Positions 36,401 to 39,349 of a DNA stretch of 39,349 nt are shown here, one piece after another. The position numbers and the translations under genes are program-made. How positions within the stretch are numbered: position 1 is the stretch's first letter; each line of letters starts with the position of its first letter. This DNA comes from Crocinitomicaceae bacterium (GTDB taxonomy: Bacteria; Bacteroidota; Bacteroidia; Flavobacteriales_D; Sanyastnellaceae): assembly GCA_002717605.1 (NCBI GenBank), contig PBEE01000014.1, positions 1 to 39,349 on the forward strand. The letters are read 5' to 3'. Below the pieces are notes generated by a model that was not told the DNA's origin, searched no databases, and saw only the letters and a list, made by a program, of their open reading frames with translations.

Positions 36401-37417
36401 GACCAATACGGTTGTGAAGATACAGAAAACGTATTGATAACTGTTGTTCAAGGAGCGCCTGGAGGGGTGGTTCACGACCCCATAAGTTTATGCACTGGTT
36501 ATGGAGCGGTTTTACCGTCATCAGATGGCGACGCTTGGCTGTGGGAACCATCATTAAATCTAAGCCAAACAAACGTCCAATTCCCCTATGCTACACCCAC
36601 AAACGACATTACATACACTTGTTACGTAGAAAACATATGTGGAATAGGTGAGGACGAAGTAACAGTTAATGTGATAGTGCCGCAGGCATTTGCTTCTGAA
36701 GATGGAGGAATTTGCAGGGGAGATGAATTTGATATTTCAGCCTCAGGACTAGATCCAGAATCTACATACAGTTGGGTCCCCCCCATGCTCGTAGGCCAAG
36801 CCAACGCAGAAAGCACTTACGCTTTCCCAGTAGAAACCACAACCTTTACAGTCTTCGTTACTGACTCTGATGGTTGTACAGCTAGCGATGAACTTACGAT
36901 ATATGTTGGGCAGCCACCTTATATCGATGCAGGACCAGATAGAGATGTTGAGTGGCTAGATAAAGTGAGGCTCTTTGGCCAAACTGAAGGAGATAATTAT
37001 TGGTGGACACCTGCTGACAAGCTAAGCTGCTCGGGATGCCTAACACCGGAAGTCCTTTCTGCTGAACCAGGCTGGTATGTTCTTCATGCATTAGATGATA
37101 ACGGTTGTAAAGGCGTTGATTCAACATATCTTGATGTTTACTTCCCTGTATACATACCCAACACATTCACCCCAAACAACGATGGTGATAACGATGCATT
37201 TTTTGTTCATGGAGAAAGATTAGACGGATATATTTTATCGATTTATAACAGATGGGGAGAGAGGGTTTTCTACTCTCAAGATCCAGAGGAGGTTTGGGAT
37301 GGTTCATATAGAGGAGGCGAACATTACTGCCCCGACGGAGTCTATTTGTACACTTTAAGATATGAAGATTCTCGTAGCGCTTTGATGTTGAAAGGTCATG
37401 TAACTTTGCTGCGATAG
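33446..37417 (+). CDS. Secreted SBBP beta-propeller-repeat / PKD / Ig-like protein (1323 aa) with T9SS type B sorting domain
   Basis: Signal peptide ...AALIMMGVSFIYLSPLLAQ. SBBP-like units SSGDIYVFGTTGSSDFPVTSGSYD, VATVTSSTDFPMVAGPY, GGTKSLDYPALGSSYQ and GGNNDFPTTPGAWS. PKD signature YFWDFGDGNTSTEFEP. C-terminus YIPNTFTPNNDGDNDAFFV...LSIYNRWGERVFYS...GHVTLLR. The GTG start shares one nt with the gpsA stop (TAGTG). Alternative ATG at 33491. Confidence 0.88.
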   Translation: MILKLLNRIAKAALIMMGVSFIYLSPLLAQNHDISFLPNEGQWDDFVQYRADLSNGVFWMEEAGFTAWIAGEGYDEIWAHEDFDGAGYPQELHSHAWKTTFLNANTQSLKTGANELGYKVNYLRGNDPHKWVEGLDPVSTVIYKGVWPSINLRMDGSGRGSQRLKYDWIIKPGGDPDDIAIRHDGTELNLRSDGSLYHSLGSTGEIIEGAPFAFQLDGSKLIEVECEYKVKSNRDGSSLVTFKLGDYNHALDLIIDPDIVFATYIGATQANWGFTAAFDEDGHAIAGAALWEGGMGEYPTTAGAISTTFDFADAPFDIGITVFTPDGSGIVYSTIAGGDGMDVPSSLVADSSGDIYVFGTTGSSDFPVTSGSYDGGFNGGPYVDLNTCCFFPGFFESGSDLFILKFASGTGGLLSGTYVGGSANDGVNSGSLLNFNYGDVFRGEINVDELDRPWVATVTSSTDFPMVAGPYLDYNGGSTDGVLFRMSPNLGAMEWSSYVGGTSDDAAYAVQFTSDFEPVVCGGTKSLDYPALGSSYQFGIGGGVDAFITRFPNGGGNPLASTFFGTSSYDQSYFVQIDEEDLIYIFGQTEGNLEVTDGVFDITPNAGQFVACFDTQLQNLEWNTRVGSIGFNDGIEISPTAFLVSECGQIYMSGWGGVTNSANANGGGTQGLPTTSDAYQSSTDGSDFWLGVLNPGAEELIYGSFFGGPTSAEHVDGGTSRFDKNGTVYQAVCAGCGGNNDFPTTPGAWSNFNNSFNCNLGVFKFELGTIQPDIDLVAPDIICPEQPIQFVNNSLGGGEYFWDFGDGNTSTEFEPFHVYETNGEWVVTMTVSDPLGCLDPQTATIGLFIEDPPAPTIDEVLPICNGEEAQLYAWGSDDLYWAPDPTLSATDIPDPIATPSETTTYYAVDENECGQVQVEVTVEVSDVTLELNTPGVSICIGESINLTAEGGEEYAWEPPLGISDPTSDNVMASPFVTTDYTVTAVDQYGCEDTENVLITVVQGAPGGVVHDPISLCTGYGAVLPSSDGDAWLWEPSLNLSQTNVQFPYATPTNDITYTCYVENICGIGEDEVTVNVIVPQAFASEDGGICRGDEFDISASGLDPESTYSWVPPMLVGQANAESTYAFPVETTTFTVFVTDSDGCTASDELTIYVGQPPYIDAGPDRDVEWLDKVRLFGQTEGDNYWWTPADKLSCSGCLTPEVLSAEPGWYVLHALDDNGCKGVDSTYLDVYFPVYIPNTFTPNNDGDNDAFFVHGERLDGYILSIYNRWGERVFYSQDPEEVWDGSYRGGEHYCPDGVYLYTLRYEDSRSALMLKGHVTLLR

Positions 37418-37444
37418 AAATTAATATTTAACTATCTTGCATAC

Positions 37445-38458
37445 ATGGAGTTGAAGTATACAAGAGCACTTTTACCAGGCATGTTTTTAGATTTCGACTG
37501 CGTAATCATTCCAGGATTTGGAGGATTTGTTTGCAACGAAAGACCAGCTTGGTACGACGACGACAAAGAGGAGATGGTTCCTCCTTCAAGGGATGTTCTC
37601 TTTAATCCAAAACTTACCCACAACGACGGTCTCTTAGCCCAGGAAATCATTAGATCTACCGGGCTTAGCTATTCAGAAGCAATGAAGCTTGCTGAGGAAG
37701 AAGCGACTTTTATTGCGGCGGAGTTGCTAGAAGGAAATCAAGTTGAGATTCAAGGTGTGGGAAGGCTCTACGCAGGGGAGGATGGAGTAAACAGATTTAC
37801 TCCAGATGCAGAGTTAGTTAGGACGCTAAGCTCGTTTGGCCACTCAAGAATTCCTCTTGCAAAACTTCAAGCTAAGCAAATAGAGATGCCATTAAATAAG
37901 CCTGACGAACAGCACAAAAAAGAGACGGTGGTAATTTCAATGCAGCCACTCAGCAGGAGGATTGCAAGGATAGCTGCTATACTAGTTCTGCCTGTAGCAG
38001 CGGGAGTAATAATTGGAGGTGCTTACCTTGGAACAGACAACAGTCAAAGTACATTACTCAGTTTATTCCCGTTACCAGAAGCGATTATATCTTCATTTAG
38101 CCCTTCAGAAAGTTCGGCCCTATTTGACCTTGAATCAGTAACGTCTGAAGAAACGGACGATCTCAAAATAGATTACGTTGAGGAAACAGTAGTTGAAGAA
38201 GTGGTTATAGAAATTACTTCTACGCCACAGATAAACTTTCTTATAGTTGGAGGCGCATTTGCGATTGAAGAAAATGCACACGCTTTAGCTAAAGAACTTC
38301 GCAAAGAGGGTTACTCTCCAACCTTCCACTACCAAAAGCATAACAAGCTACATTTAGTAGCCCTTGGCGAGTTTACAGAAGAGTATGAAGCGAGAGAGGA
38401 AATGGCAAAAGCTAGAAAAGCTGGCCGTACTGCATCATGGCTCAAAAAGCTTAGATAG
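37445..38458 (+). CDS. SPOR-domain protein with N-terminal HU/CCDC81-like region and a central TM segment
   Basis: 337 aa. The N-terminus VIIPGFGGFVCNERPAWYD...FNPKLTHNDGLLAQEI is typical of the Bacteroidota HU-CCDC81 + SPOR proteins. TM segment IARIAAILVLPVAAGVIIGGAYL. C-terminal SPOR-like region FLIVGGAFAIEENAHALAKELRKEGYSP...LVALGEF. Confidence 0.75.
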   Translation: MELKYTRALLPGMFLDFDCVIIPGFGGFVCNERPAWYDDDKEEMVPPSRDVLFNPKLTHNDGLLAQEIIRSTGLSYSEAMKLAEEEATFIAAELLEGNQVEIQGVGRLYAGEDGVNRFTPDAELVRTLSSFGHSRIPLAKLQAKQIEMPLNKPDEQHKKETVVISMQPLSRRIARIAAILVLPVAAGVIIGGAYLGTDNSQSTLLSLFPLPEAIISSFSPSESSALFDLESVTSEETDDLKIDYVEETVVEEVVIEITSTPQINFLIVGGAFAIEENAHALAKELRKEGYSPTFHYQKHNKLHLVALGEFTEEYEAREEMAKARKAGRTASWLKKLR

Positions 38459-38857
38459 CTCTTCTTGTCTGTCTTGAGCACATGGTAACAATCCCTGCTC
38501 TAGCAACATGAAAATTTCGATACCCCTGGCTTCCTCTGGGAATTCTTTTTTGCCTTTTGAGATTTGTGGCTCGCTAGACCCTTCGGCTTTTTGCCAGCGC
38601 AATACCTCAGCACAGTTTTCGCTAAACTTAAAAAGCCACCTATCGTCTGATGTCACCTTTTCTAAGTAGGTTATTCTAGAAGTAGTGCACTCCCAAAAGA
38701 AAGTACTAAATTCATCGAGTAAGTGCTCAACCTTATTTGGGTTATCGCTTTTTACTTTTTGCCATTCTGGGGCATCTAAACCCTGAGAGGCCAAAAATTT
38801 CACAAATTCTCCCTCTACAACTGCAAGCTCTTCGCTAGTCAGTCTTCTATATCTCAT
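38435..38857 (-). CDS. Conserved hypothetical cytoplasmic protein (140 aa)
   Basis: Clean ORF directly abutting the upstream peptidase gene, with no gap. MRYRRLTSEELAVVEGEFVKFLASQGLDAPEWQKVK resembles a small Bacteroidota DUF family whose name I cannot confirm. Its 3' end overlaps the convergent SPOR gene by 24 nt. Confidence 0.6.
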   Translation of the reverse strand: MRYRRLTSEELAVVEGEFVKFLASQGLDAPEWQKVKSDNPNKVEHLLDEFSTFFWECTTSRITYLEKVTSDDRWLFKFSENCAEVLRWQKAEGSSEPQISKGKKEFPEEARGIEIFMLLEQGLLPCAQDRQEELSKLFEP

Positions 38858-39349
38858 TTATTCGTCTATTCCCTCGAGCATAAACATGAACGAGTACTCC
38901 ATAGCAACTTCCTTAAACCTTGCAAATCTTCCCGAAGCTCCCCCGTGGCCAGTTTCCATATTACAGTGCATGATAAGGACATTGTCATCAGTCTTAAGGT
39001 CGCGAAGCTTAGCTATCCATTTTGCAGGCTCCCAATACTGAACTTGACTATCCCAATACCCTGTTGTTATAAGCGTGTGTGGGTAGTCTTTTGCCTCTAC
39101 ATTGTCATAAGGGCTGTACTTCATGATGTAGTCAAAGTATTTCTTTTGTTTGGGATTTCCCCACTCATCAAACTCAAAAGTAGTCAGAGGAATAGTCTCG
39201 TCAAGCATTGTATTTATGACATCAACAAATGGAACAGCAGCAAGTACACCATTAAATAAATCTGGGGCCAAATTCATAACAGCGCCCATCAATAACCCCC
39301 CAGCATAAACCTGATGGATTATGTGGAAATGAAGATTGCGAGAAGTTGA
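38858..39349 (-). CDS. ptrB: S9-family serine peptidase, oligopeptidase B (protease II)-like. C-terminal 163 codons only; the 5' end runs off the right window edge.
   Basis: [51 protein letters not shown]...YSPYDNV...[16 protein letters not shown]...[12 protein letters not shown] closely parallels PtrB C-termini. The frame stays open beyond the track's TTG start (39292) up to nt 39349. Confidence 0.85.
   Translation of the reverse strand, partial: STSRNLHFHIIHQVYAGGLLMGAVMNLAPDLFNGVLAAVPFVDVINTMLDETIPLTTFEFDEWGNPKQKKYFDYIMKYSPYDNVEAKDYPHTLITTGYWDSQVQYWEPAKWIAKLRDLKTDDNVLIMHCNMETGHGGASGRFARFKEVAMEYSFMFMLEGIDE

Noticed and set aside
33576-37166. Short ORFs in alternative frames or strands inside the 1323-aa gene (for example 35403..35726 +, 34189..34398 -, 36894..37166 -)
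   Set aside because: They are embedded in a strongly supported long ORF with SBBP, PKD and type B CTD motifs. Their translations look like frame-shifted noise.
18755-37417. Interpreting the T9SS cargo block as a recently acquired mobile island
   Set aside because: There are no transposases, integrases, flanking repeats or tRNA boundary. The housekeeping gene gpsA is embedded and apparently coupled within it, and by eye its composition does not differ sharply from the housekeeping half. This was not computed.
38945-39259. 104-aa plus-strand ORF at the right end
   Set aside because: It is antisense to the oligopeptidase B-like C-terminus, whose similarity to PtrB is obvious.

Overview
This is a compact, gene-dense 39.3 kb chromosomal window, about 40% GC by eye. 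I infer a Bacteroidota origin, most likely a marine Flavobacteriia-type organism. The grounds are several T9SS sorting domains, a PorP/SprF gene, a DUF4296-pyrC-GT2 arrangement and TAnnTTTG-like promoter boxes. I support 28 CDS (two truncated by the window edges) and one tRNA-Cys.

The left half (1-18.7 kb) is mostly housekeeping: slyD-like PPIase, thiL, uvrC, pyrC, rluB-like, pssA, purS, pgk and glyQS. It also holds a methionine-gamma-lyase-family gene with a divergent Lrp/AsnC regulator. An edge-truncated M1 aminopeptidase with a type A T9SS C-terminal domain (CTD) is missing from the supplied ORF track.

The right half (18.7-37.4 kb) is the accessory-looking part. It is a co-directional block encoding three very large, acidic, Cys-rich surface proteins, each ending in a T9SS type B (gliding-motility-associated) CTD:
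- a 2257-aa PKD protein
- a 1173-aa protein built from 77-78-aa HYR-like repeats
- a 1323-aa SBBP/PKD protein

The block has a single PorP/SprF-family gene and a PD40/OmpA/LysM lipoprotein. The housekeeping gene gpsA is embedded in it.

I saw no CRISPR array, transposase, integrase, rRNA or obvious defence genes. The best candidate for an under-described system is the type B cargo / PorP / peptidoglycan-anchoring lipoprotein module. This cassette type is already known in outline, so the novelty lies in its details: the twin NYDP cysteine motif, the dual peptidoglycan-binding tail, three cargoes sharing one PorP, and the alternating repeat subtypes. All family assignments come from motif recognition by eye. 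No database search was run.
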